This document shows, one piece after another, positions 38,081 through 49,149 of a stretch of DNA of 64,000 bases; position 1 is the first letter of the stretch; each line of letters opens with the position of its first letter. Source of the DNA: Eledone cirrhosa. Taxonomy: Eukaryota. The stretch is taken from contig OZ024744.1 of NCBI GenBank assembly GCA_964016885.1, positions 56,296,001-56,360,000 of the forward strand, written 5' to 3'. A model generated the notes under the pieces. That model saw nothing but the letters and a program-made list of their open reading frames with translations. It was not told where the DNA came from and made no database searches. The translations under genes and the position numbers were made by a program.

Positions 38081-41000
38081 TGAAGATGGCGGCAGCTAAC
38101 CTCAGAATAAAGCCTCCAAACCGCCATTTCTTCATCAAGGACCTTATGTCTGGAAGAGGCTTCCTCATGGATACAGGAGCCTCCTGTAGTATTTGGCCGG
38201 CCCATTGCCTAAAAGATACCCCCGTGGAGTCATCCGTTACTCTGCAGGCAGTTAATCACTCGCCTATAAAGACGTACGGACAAATCTCGCTTCCTCTCAA
38301 ATTCCTAAATCTTCGTAGGGATTTTAAATGGATTTTTACGGTTGCTGACTTGCCATACCCTATCTTAGGAGCGGATTTCCTCCTCAATTTCTCTTTGACT
38401 GTGGACGTCCGTGGCCAACGTCAGGTGGATGACATTACCGGTTTTTCAATTCGTGGCCGGAAAGCCAATGCTCCAACGGTCAGCCCAATATTCTTCATGG
38501 CTGCCACTGGAGACGCTTACCATTCGTTATTAGGTTCTTTCCCAGAGCTCACCGATGGAAATTTTCGAGTTACTGAGCCAACTCACTCAACCGAACATTT
38601 TATTTCCACCACCGGTGCTCCAGTGTTTTCACGTCCACGCCGTTTACTGGCGGACAAGTTAAAGGCAGCATGGTCGGAGTTCGACCATATGCTGCAGCTG
38701 GGCATTATTTGCCCATCTACGAGTCCTTGGGCTTCACCGTTACACATGGTGCCCAAGACTTCTGGCGACTGGAGGCCCACTGGGGATTATAGGAGGTTAA
38801 ACGCTATGACCATCCCGGATAGATATCCGATTCCCCACCTCCAGGATTTCGCATCTTCATTGCAGGGTTGTAAGATTTTCTCCAAACTCGATTTAGTACA
38901 AGCTTACCACCAAATTCCGGTTAGCAAGGAAGACATTCCGAAAACAGCTATTACGACTCCTTTCGGATCCTTCGAATTTTTGACCATGCATTTCGGACTC
39001 AGGAATGCCGCTAACACTTTTCAGCGGTTCATAGACGAGGTCACTCGTGGTCTGGACTTCATTTATGCATATATAGATGATCTTCTCATCGCTAGTTCCT
39101 CTCCAGAAGAGCATATGCGTCACCTGAACCTTTTATTTCACCGACTCCAGGATTACCGCGTTCGAGTGAATCCCGCAAAGTGTATTTTCGGATCCGCTTC
39201 ACTGAATGTTTTAGACCACCTCATCGACGCAGAGGGTATAAGCCCCCTTCCTCAGCGAGTTAAAGCTATACAGGATCTACCCCCGCCTACTACACTTCAC
39301 CAGTTGCGTCACTTTTTAGGCTCAATCAATTTTTATAGACGTTTCATTCCTCAATGTGCAAAATTACTATCTTCCCTTACCGGGATTTTGAAAAATCGTT
39401 GTAAGAAGAATGAGGATATTTCCTTGACACAAGGACAACTCGAAGATTTCCAGACTGCCAAGACAGCACTTGCTAATTCATCTTTGCTAGCCCACCAAGT
39501 ACCAGAGGCCAAGCTTTCGCTTTGTGTTGATGCATCTGATACCTCTGTGGGAGCAGTTTTACAACAGTATAACGCTGAACACCAACAACCTTTGGCATTT
39601 TTCTCCAGGAAGCTGAAACCAGCAGAAACTCGTTACAGCACGTTTGGCCGGGAGTTATTAGCCATATATCTGTCGTTGAAACATTTTTCTCATATTTTTG
39701 AGGGGAGAACTTTTACGGTTTTCACTGACCACAAACCTCTGACCTTCGCTTTGGGGGCTAAAGCCGACAGATATTCACCCAGAGAGACAAGGTACCTTGA
39801 TTACATTTTGCAGTTTACAAATGATATACAGCACATTGCTGGCTCACTAAACGCAGCTGCAGACGCTTTGTCACGCTTGCCAATCAGCTCGATTTCGTCA
39901 TCCCAGGAGATCGATTTAAGTCGTTTAGCAGCAGACCAACCTGCACTCGAATTGTTGGATTATCAGTCAGCCGAGTTTGCGACTTGCAACTTGAAATATC
40001 TGCCCTTGTCGATTACCGACAGGCAGATCCTCTGCGACGTATCGACGGATTCACCACGACCTTATGTTCCTGAGACTCACCGTCGAATTGTGTTCCTTGC
40101 TTTGCACAGCATTTCTCACCCAGGAATTTCAGCCACAGTAAAGCTCATAACGGCTAGATTTTTCTGGCTAAATATGAGGCGAGAAATTACTGTCTCGTGC
40201 CATCCCTGCACACAGTGTCAAAAGTCTAAAGTCCACAGACACATCCGGACTCCACTTGGTACTTTCAGTACTCCGGATGTTCGTTTTCAACACATTCACA
40301 TTGATATCGTTGGACCTTGGCCATTCAGTAGTGGATATTCTTACCTTTTGACCTGCATTGATCATTTTTCACGATGGCCTGAAGCCATCCCCTTAATGGT
40401 CATTACCACTTAGACTATAGCGCGTGCCCTGGTATCAGGATGGATTGCCCACTATGGCGTGCCTACCACAATTACCACAGACCGTGGTAGGTAATTTGAA
40501 TCTCATCTCTTCTCAGAGTTGACAAAAATTATTGGTGCTCAATGAATCCTGACCACAGCTTATCATCCTGCTTCGAACGGAATGGTGGAACGTTTTCACC
40601 GCCAATTAAAGGCCACTCTTCGTGTCTACCCAGAATCTCTACGTTGGAGCGAGTACCTTCCTATTGTGTTATTAGGAATTCGGTCATCAATAAAGCAGGA
40701 CCTTGGGTTCTCCCCGGCCGAATTACTGTATGGTGCTCCTCTAGCGTTGCCTGGGCAAATGCTTGCCCCTGTTGATCTTGCTTTTCAGGATCCTCTTTCC
40801 TATGTATCTCCTTTGCGCTCCTATTTTCAGGACTTACCGCCTATGAATACTAGGAAACAAACTATTAAAACTGCAGTCCCGAGGGATATTGCCTCGTGGA
40901 CACATGTCTTCGTCAGAAACGACGACGTTACTCCACCCCTCACACAGCCATACTCTGGGCCCTACCGTGTGTTATCATGCAAGGACAAACATTTCACAGT

Positions 41001-41190
41001 CGACATTAAGGGATCCAGAGAGACAATTTCTGTGGATAGAGTAAAAAGGGCATACACTGACGCTCATACACCTGAGCCACAAATACTCCTGCTCCTTCTG
41101 CGCCACCTTCACCTACATACAAGACCACGACCCGTTCTGGTCGAAGAGTCCACTAGCCCCCAAAACTCTGTCAGACATTTTTTTATATGA
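38062..41190 (+). pseudogene. pol: Pol polyprotein (protease, RT, RNase H, integrase) with three in-frame stops in integrase
   Basis: DTGA protease, YIDD RT, DAS and TDHKPL RNase H, HHCC zinc finger, HIDIVGP, MVER, GPY; stops at 40411, 40492 and 40543 in one frame; in frame with the CHCC knuckle. Confidence 0.95.
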
Positions 41191-41340
41191 ACTGGCCACT
41201 GGAGCCTTTTGTTTTCTTTTTCATTGTATTATGTATGCATGTACTTTTTGATTTTTTTTTTGTTACTGTTTCATGCTTTTGTTTGGAACCCACCCTTGGG
41301 GGTTCGTTGCAATTACCTTTGGGCTTTTCGCCTATCGTCT

Positions 41341-41349
41341 GGAGGAGGG
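41341..41349 (+). promoter_or_regulatory. Polypurine tract
   Basis: GGAGGAGGG, 3 nt upstream of the 3' LTR. Confidence 0.8.
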
Positions 41350-41352
41350 TAT

Positions 41353-41828
41353 TGTAGTGACCCCTAGTGGTGGAACCCAGAACTCATTAGAGTTAAGTCC
41401 CTTTGGGATGGTAGTGATCCCTAGTGTCACCTACAAGAAGTAATCGGAGTTACGTCCCCATTGGGACTATATATATTGAGACCGCCAGGGCATTCTCTCT
41501 CTCTTTCGCTCCTTCTTCACGCTGATTAGCGATGTAGCAGCCCTGGAGATCGGAGCCGATTTCACCCACGACACGTGTGGAGGCAAATACCAAACTACTC
41601 CAGTGAACACGTTAAGAGCCTTCTCTCTCCAAGAACAAACTCCAGCACATACTTTGGTCTCAATCCACTCAGCTACCTGAAACATCAACAACCTCTGTAT
41701 CTCCGCTAACTTATATATTGTTCTCTTTTGACTTCCACGAAGTAAACCTATCTACAAACAAAGTAAATCAGCCTTTCATGTTATTTCTAAAACAGTAATA
41801 AATATATGTTTAATACTAATCTTCTAAA
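41353..41828 (+). repeat. 3' LTR (TGTAG...CTAAA)
   Basis: 476 bp; AATAAA near the end (ATTAAA in the 5' LTR). Confidence 0.97.
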
Positions 41829-41862
41829 TGGCCAACAGCGGTATAAGCTCTCTGAACCTTTT

Positions 41863-43503
41863 CTATCCCGTTCTAAATCTGGCTACTGTACTTTCAGAGC
41901 ACCCTCCACCACTGCTGATTTTATCATCCAGGTAATGGAAAGTGTCCACTATTTCTATAGAACCATCTGGGCAGTAGAAGGAACTAGTATCCTGTGGGCA
42001 CTTGCTACTTATTGCACCTGAGCATCGGCCACATATAAAATCTACATTCTTAGATAGCTTGCCTGTGATCCCACTACATCTTTTATGTACCCATAGTTTG
42101 CATTTGGGACATAGAATGGAATTTCTACCTACTTCATTCCTACACACTAAGCATCGCCATTTCCCAGAGGGCACATGTGCCCTATTTTCCTTTCTACATA
42201 CTAGAACTTTAATCTTAGACAAGTTAACTTTAAGGTCTTTTGATTCTGGGCCATGCTTCCATGTTTGAAATTTCTTCTCTAGTTCAGCCATAGATTCAGC
42301 TATGAGAGTTAGATCATCTGCGTATAGAAGTTCCCACGGGCAGCCGGTCTTAAACTCCTCTGTTATAGCCTGAAGGGCAATAATAAACAGGAGGGGGCTA
42401 AGGACAGAGCTTTGATGAACACCAACTTTTACACTAAATTCTTCACTATATTCATTGTTAATTCTAACCTTACTGACTGTTTCTTTATACATAGCTTGTA
42501 TAGCTCTCACAAGCCGTTCGCCTACTCCTAGCTTTCTAAGGACCCACCAGATAATGGAGCGTGGGACTCTGTCAAAGGCTTTCTCTAAGTTAACAAAAGC
42601 TAAGTAGAGGGGTTTACTTTTAGCTAGGTACTTCTCCTGTAGTTGTCGTACAATGAAAAGAGCATCTGTTGTACTTTTACCTGACACGAACCCGAACTGC
42701 CTTTCGTCTAGATCAATTCGCCCTCTGATTAGTTGCACTATTACTTTTTCTGTGACTTTCATGACTTGGTCAATTAATTTAATGCCTCTATAGTTTCCCC
42801 TATCTAGGGCATCACCTTTACACTTGTAGCAGTTAACGATGCTGCTGCTATGCCAGTCCTTTGGTATGACCCCATTCTGTATTACTTGGTTTACTATCCA
42901 GGTGACCATAGTATGTCCCATCATTCCAGATGCTTTCAACATCTCCGCAACTATCTCTGAAGGCCCAGCTGCCTTGCCTGTCTTCATATCTTTAATTGCC
43001 TTACTTATTATACAACCACTAACTTGCACCGCTGGTCCCTCTACTTGATCGATTTGAGGCAGACTATCTCTTTCCCATTTATTCTCCTCATTTAGTAGTC
43101 TCTCGTAGTGACACTTCCAAGCTACCTTCTTATCAGTATCAGTGAGGGCAAGTACACCATCATCATTACGGACACACTTCTCCCCGACAATATCACGGTT
43201 TTCCTTGATACATTGACTTGCAACCCTGAACACCTCACGTTTTTGGTCCTCGCGTTGTAGAACATGCTTGAACTTTCTATCCTCTGCTTCCCTTCTTGCA
43301 AGGTACACTTGTCTCCTAGCTTCTCCCCTGGCCACTTGATGGTGTTCTCTACTTCCCCTGTCCCACCATACTTTCCAAGCCTGCTTTTTGCCCTTGATTG
43401 TCTCCTCCACCTTACTGTTCCACCACCAAATTACTCTTCTCCTGCCTATAGGTCTGCTCCAGCCACAGATTTCATCTGTTGCCTTCAGCAGGTTAACTTT
43501 CAA
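41863..43503 (-). pseudogene. RTE ORF2 reverse transcriptase region with PHD-type zinc finger
   Basis: NYRGIKL, QFGF, FVNLEKAFD, LSPLLF, YADD, then C-x2-C...C-x2-C-x3-VH-x2-C...C-x2-C. Confidence 0.92.
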
Positions 43504-44528
43504 GAATTACCACTGTTCCTCTATATTGTATGTCTCTAATTGCTCTTCCTTACTGTCAAAAGTATCAATAAGATTTTGAATTTGTCACTGGCTGTGGGGT
43601 CCTTCAACTTCTATATTCTTCTCCTCAAGGTAGTCCTCCTCTGTCATCGAGTACGTCTAGTCCTGACTACGAGGTCACTAACTACTAGGCTATGCTGCAT
43701 TCTTCACGGTGGAGGGACTTGGTGTTTACAATAGACACTCTGTCACCTCTTAACTCTTTAGACTTGTTCTATTTTCTATGATGCGGGGGGGGAGGGGGGG
43801 GGGGTACAAACAATTTTATCTTAGGTGTAACTTTCGACTACAAAACGTGAGACTTTCAAGCGAGACTCCAACCGAACTCCTGACAATTGAGACATGTTGC
43901 TTATTTATAATAATCTGCTGAGTCCATTTCTTAAATCCCAAAGGGCTGTTCACCTCAACAATATATATGTATATATAGTTACAATGTTATCATCATAATC
44001 ATCATCATCATCATCATCATCATCAGACAGAGAGAAGCAAACAGAGGGTATGGAATAGGTATGAATAAAAAGGATATGCACGTGGGTACATAATCACTGA
44101 TAAAGTCAGAAGATGTGATGAAAGGACTTTGATAAATCAATTGATAAAATGATTAATCAACTAATTACCTAATGGTTTAATAAAGCTTTACTTGCTAAAT
44201 CGGTAAAAAAGTATATGTATGTTGCACACTCACATACACACAAACGCACATACATATACAAACTGTGTCCCCCTTCTATTCAGTTTGTTTACTTCGTTTT
44301 TTTCCTCTTTCCTTTTTTCTTTTTCTTCCTCTCTCTTCACTATTTTTTCTTTTCTTTCCCTCATGGCGTTTTGATTGATAAATGGCCTTGGGTGCACTGC
44401 TGATCGATTTCAAAACATCTATGATCGCAGTTAACAGCTGATGAAGGGTTTCTTCTCTTGTTTATGTCCATATTACTATCTTACACTTTGTTTACAGTAA
44501 CCATACAGCCCGCTCCATTTCTTGTAAT

Positions 44529-44569
<41 letters not shown>

Positions 44570-44810
44570 AGGAAAATGGGAAAACTTGACAGCATTTTGC
44601 TGTTAAAACACCAAAATGGTGTCAAAATCATGTAACAAGAATAGACAAAACTCCAGAGTAACAAGACTCACTATTTAGCCTTAAAAATGAATATTAAAAC
44701 TCTACTTCGGTTTTGAATACTATTTTCTTTCAGCTGTCAACCACACAATCACCCCCTCCCCATATACATATATATGTTTACATATATATACACATATATA
44801 TATATATATT

Positions 44811-44841
<31 letters not shown>

Positions 44842-44934
44842 ATATTAAATTGTTAAACAATATTCAATGATTATGTCAAATCACTACCTTGATTAAATCT
44901 TAACCATCTAACATCTCAGGGTATGTCATGTATC

Positions 44935-44997
44935 ATTATATTTTGTCTGATGAGGACGTACTGTTGTATATCCGAAATATGTATAATAAAATGTAAT
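44935..44997 (+). ncRNA. Complete type I hammerhead ribozyme in an ~200-bp insert between (TA)n runs
   Basis: 12-bp stem I (44935-44946 / 44986-44997), CUGAUGA at 44947-44953, stem II GGACGUAC/GUAUAUCC, GAAA, stem III AUAUGUAU, AUA site. Confidence 0.85.
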
Positions 44998-45092
44998 TGA
45001 TCAAAAGAACATCTATTTTATTAATACTTATATTTTAATATATTTATATATATATATATATATAAATTTTTCGCTCTACATCGCTGAATACA

Positions 45093-45298
45093 ATAAATGT
45101 AATCTGAGCTGTTCGAATATTAATAATAATATTCGATTTGTTTGCAATTATGCAAACAAGCCTCATTTTTAAAGCCATGTCAGTAGAATGAACCCTTCAT
45201 TATTGCTCTTGTGTTGGCATGTAAACAGAACTGCAGACACTAATGTTTCTGGGTATCACCCTTCATCAGTAGAGTTCACTGTTCACCTGCCAACTGTT
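45093..45298 (-). mobile_element. ~205-bp dispersed repeat carrying a hammerhead (45231-45274); second copy at about 56907-57116
   Basis: Minus strand: CUGAUGA AGGGU-GAU-ACCCA GAAACA-UUAG-UGUC UGCAG. Confidence 0.75.
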
Positions 45299-45833
45299 AG
45301 AGCTAGTGAAAATATATGCTATTTTCTAAAATATACAGTGACTGATTGGCCTGATTTGCATATTAGCAGACTGGCTGATCAGTCAGATCTGCATATTAGC
45401 AGATTCACTTTACAGTGTGGACTGGCTGCTTTTTGTCATGATACCTACTTTACAGTATGCTCTGGGCGAGTGCTTTTGTCATGACACCTACACGACCACT
45501 ATAGTAGGCTGGGCTCTTTTGTTGTGGCTGCAGGGCGCATCACTTTATAGAGGGGTGGAGAAGATGGTTTGGGAAATTAGGGACGTAGGTATAAGGGAGG
45601 TTTATGGGAGGGGAGATGGTAGGGAATGGTGTTACCTACTAGGTATATATATATATATATATTTATTTATTAAAATAACAGATTAAAGTTTAAGCAAAGA
45701 ATCACTGCTTTCACCCTTAACAGAATCTTCTGAAATATATATATTATGAAATATATATAATATATATATTATAAATGTATATATATAATATATATATTAT
45801 GGAGATGAGATTCTAGTTTTGCTTCATTAACAA

Positions 45834-45918
45834 AGTCTCATGAACAGATTGGTACTGGAGTAGGATCTTTCACACAAATATAGATATTGAGCCACCCAAC
45901 TGTGAAACATTTGTAGCT
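45834..45918 (+). ncRNA. Degenerate hammerhead (core mutated to CUCAUGA) with long stem II loop
   Basis: AGU CUCAUGA ACAGAUUGG...CCAACUGU GAAACAUUUGUA GCU. Confidence 0.45.
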
Positions 45919-46426
45919 GAGCCTAATCAATAAAAAACCTCAATGTAAAACCTTCTTTTGTTCTTAATATATACACTCTGCTATAACATAGAGTGCTAAT
46001 ATTGGTACCTTCCTCAGTAAACCACAAATCTACTGATTCACCTAATATATAAAATTAATAAACCAAAGTATTAACATAAGCCGCCTGCTGAAGATATGCA
46101 ATTTGCCCTATCTGCTGGTAATACGTAGTTTTCTCAACACTGCAGATCTAATATCTACAATTGTGAAGTATGTTGCACAGAAACAAATTTGTCCAGGAGG
46201 GAGATATATACTTTATCTCTACCAAAACACAGCCATCATAATTGCTGTTAATTAAAATGTGTGCACTCTGAACATTAATGCAACTTGGCAGATTTTTTGA
46301 GTGAGCGAGACGTTGGCCGGGGAACATTGTGTTAATATCAACGATCTTCGTAAATAATCTCTCTCTCTCTGTCTCTCTCTCTGTATGTATATATATATAT
46401 ATACTTATATATATATATATATATAT

Positions 46427-46770
46427 CATCATTTCATCATCATTTCATTTTACGTCCGCTTTTTCCCTGCTTGCAAGGGTGGGACGGGAACTGATTCTGG
46501 CTTGATTTCTACAGCTGGATGCCCTTCCTAACACCAACCTCATTTACAGTGAGTGCTGGGTGCTTTTTGGCCGTGGCACCTACACATCCACTTTACAGTG
46601 GAATGATAGGGACCCCAGTCCCTATCATCTCATTTCTACAGCTGAGTAAACTGGAGCAACGTGAAATAAAGTGTCTTGCTCAAGGAAACAACACATCACC
46701 CGGTCTGAGGATTGAACTCACAACCTTTTGATTGCAAGGCCAATGCTCTAACCACTAAGCCATGTGCCTC
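46427..46770 (-). mobile_element. CORE-SINE family B, full length
   Basis: Box A TGGCTTAGTGG, box B GAGTTCAATCC, CORE-like segment, RTE tail; near-identical to 48043-48397. Confidence 0.9.
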
Positions 46771-46812
46771 CATATATATACATATATACATATATATATA
46801 TTTATGGGTGTG

Positions 46813-46892
<80 letters not shown>

Positions 46893-46900
46893 TGTATGTG

Positions 46901-46931
<31 letters not shown>

Positions 46932-47099
46932 CCACAAATATATATATATGAATTAATTATGTATTAAAGTGTTAGAGTATAATATTCCACAGATTAGATT
47001 CATTAATTAAGTTTTATGCCAGTGAAATATGATACATTCAGATAACTGTTATCTGGAAGGAACCCACCTACCCTCACCCCTATTTACCCATCTCTCTCA

Positions 47100-47452
47100 C
47101 AAATAAATTGGAATTTTTGTCTTTAAGTCCAGGTCACAACTAGTTTCTTTAGTGCTCAATGACTTTTTGATGATACTGTAGCGAGTAAGACAGACTTTTG
47201 AATCAATGCTACATTTGTTGTTACTCCTGTATCGTTCAGCAATCTTTCTGTTCTGTCAGTAACAGTCTCTAACCCACCACTAATGATGGGGCTTTCTTTT
47301 GGTGGAGACAATCAACGAACTCCTTATCTCCTTAGCAAGATAAAATACTACTTTTTATTCTTTTCCTGCAGGAGTGGCTATGTCAACAATAATACATTCT
47401 TTTGATGCTAAGTCCGGTCTTTTAGCCTGTATGTTGTGGTCTCTCTGGATTG
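47100..47452 (-). mobile_element. R4/Dong-clade RLE relic
   Basis: IQRDHNIQAKRPDL...CIIVDIATP and IQKSVLLAT motifs. Confidence 0.7.
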
Positions 47453-47454
47453 TA

Positions 47455-47880
47455 ACTCCACAGGATTATAGTTAAAGACCACAAAGAAAATAAATATGTC
47501 TTTTAATTGATGTATCAATCCACACAGACGACAATATATCCATCAAGGAAATGGAAAAATTATCCAAATATAAAGATCTGAAGATAGAAATAACCCAAAT
47601 GTGGATGATGAAATCCCTATAATAATAAAAACTCACATGATGATGAAATCCCTATAATGATGAAAAAAACAACAAAACACACTGATAGATACACAACGCA
47701 AACCCTGGGACTTACAGATATATATAGCATACAGTAAATAGGCACCGTAAAAACATATTGTGAAGAATACTCTCAATATAATAGAAATAACAACCTGAAA
47801 ATCTACATTGCAGATACCCAAGGTACACAGAGATGTGCTCGATAAAGCAGTAACAATATGCAATGAAAATAAGACTAATT
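47455..47880 (+). mobile_element. R4/Dong-clade RLE relic (different subfamily)
   Basis: IIVKDHKEN...LIDVSIHTDDNISIKEMEKLSKYKDLKIEITQMW; ends at (AAT)n. Confidence 0.75.
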
Positions 47881-48042
47881 ATTAATAATAATGGTTTCTT
47901 ATATAGGCACAAGGCCAGCAATTTTGAGGGGAGCGGAAAGTCGATTAAATCGACCCCAGATTTGAATTCAGACCGTAAAGGACCATAACTCTATGCTGCA
48001 AAGCATGATACCCGACTCTCTACTGAATTAATATTAATAATT

Positions 48043-48397
48043 TGGAGTCACATGGCTTAGTGGTTAGAGCATTGGCCTTACAATCGAAAGGTTGTGAGTT
48101 CAATTCGCAGACCAGGTGATGTGTTGTTTCCTTGAGCAAGACACTTTATTTCACATTGCTTCAGTTTACTCAGCTGTAGAAATGAGATGATAGGGACTGG
48201 GGTCCCTATCATTCCACTGTAAAGTGGATGTGTAGGTGCCACGGCAAAAAAGCACCCAGCACTCACTGTAAATGAGATTGGGGTTAGGAAGGGCATCCAG
48301 CTGTAGAAATCAAGCCAGAATCAGTTCCCGTCCCACCCTTGCAAGCAGGGAAAAAGCGGACGTAAAATGAAATGATGAAATGATGATGATGATGATG
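48043..48397 (+). mobile_element. CORE-SINE family B, full length
   Basis: GGAGTCACATGGCTTAGTGGTTAGAGC tRNA-like head, CORE-like segment, RTE-type tail with (TGA)n. Confidence 0.9.
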
Positions 48398-49149
48398 AAT
48401 AATAATAGTTTCTGATTTAGGCACAAGGCCAGCGATTTTGGGGTAAGGGGGGAAAGTCGATTAAATTGACCCCAGTGGATTACTGGTACTTTATTTTATT
48501 GACCCCGTAAGGATGAAAGGCAAAGCTAACCTCAAATCCCGATATAATTTGTTATATATATATTTCCCAATTGCAAATGTTCCGCTCACACTATTATTAG
48601 TATTATTGTTGTATTTATCATTTCACTAGCCTCCACAACACATATTTATTTTTTTTACCCTCGTTTTTTGTTCCCATGCTGCCATTATGGCTGTCTCTCT
48701 ACGAAGTCATCTACACCCTTCCTCTCTCTTACATTATTATTATTGTTGCATTTATCATTTCACTGTCTCTACTCTCTTCGAAATCCTAACATTTCGCCTT
48801 GTCTAATATAGGTACTTGTATTGGTTTATTTCGCCCTGAGATGCTATAGGCCATGATGGCTACCTATCTCACAATTTCCCTCCCGCCTGCCCCCTCACAC
48901 CACCATAGCCTATTCGACCAATCAAACCTCAGCATGTCCCCCCCACCCATTACAAAACCCCAACAAACTCTGCCATTACTACTACAACCTACCTCTCTCC
49001 TCACCCGTCCCAGCCCCAACATACCCTGCCATTATTACCACCACCACTGTTCTTCTAGCCCTGAATTTTCCTACCGTTATGTATGGATGAGCTGAGAATA
49101 AATGGAGCAACCCTGAATTAATAAATGAAAATGAATATTAATCCGCGAG

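Larger units (their letters stand above)
36278..41828 (+). mobile_element. Full-length Ty3/Gypsy LTR retrotransposon, CsRn1/Kabuki clade, disabled
   Basis: Two 476-bp LTRs, 4-bp TSD TGGC (36274-36277 and 41829-41832), tRNA-Trp PBS, PPT, CHCC Gag, PR-RT-RH-IN order, GPY motif. Confidence 0.95.
35408..43740 (-). mobile_element. RTE family 1 LINE (5'-truncated) split by the Gypsy insertion
   Basis: 3' part at 35408-36277 and RT part at 41829-43740 rejoin seamlessly at TGGC (compare the uninterrupted copy near 58740). Confidence 0.92.

Noticed and set aside
44400-44460. Hammerhead at CTGATGAAGGG (44439)
   Set aside because: No convincing stem II/GAAA partner on the same strand; the nearby GAAAUCGAUC half is on the opposite strand.
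48043-48112. tRNA gene
   Set aside because: Box A/B head continues into CORE and RTE tail sequence, so it is a SINE head, and no clean cloverleaf is evident.
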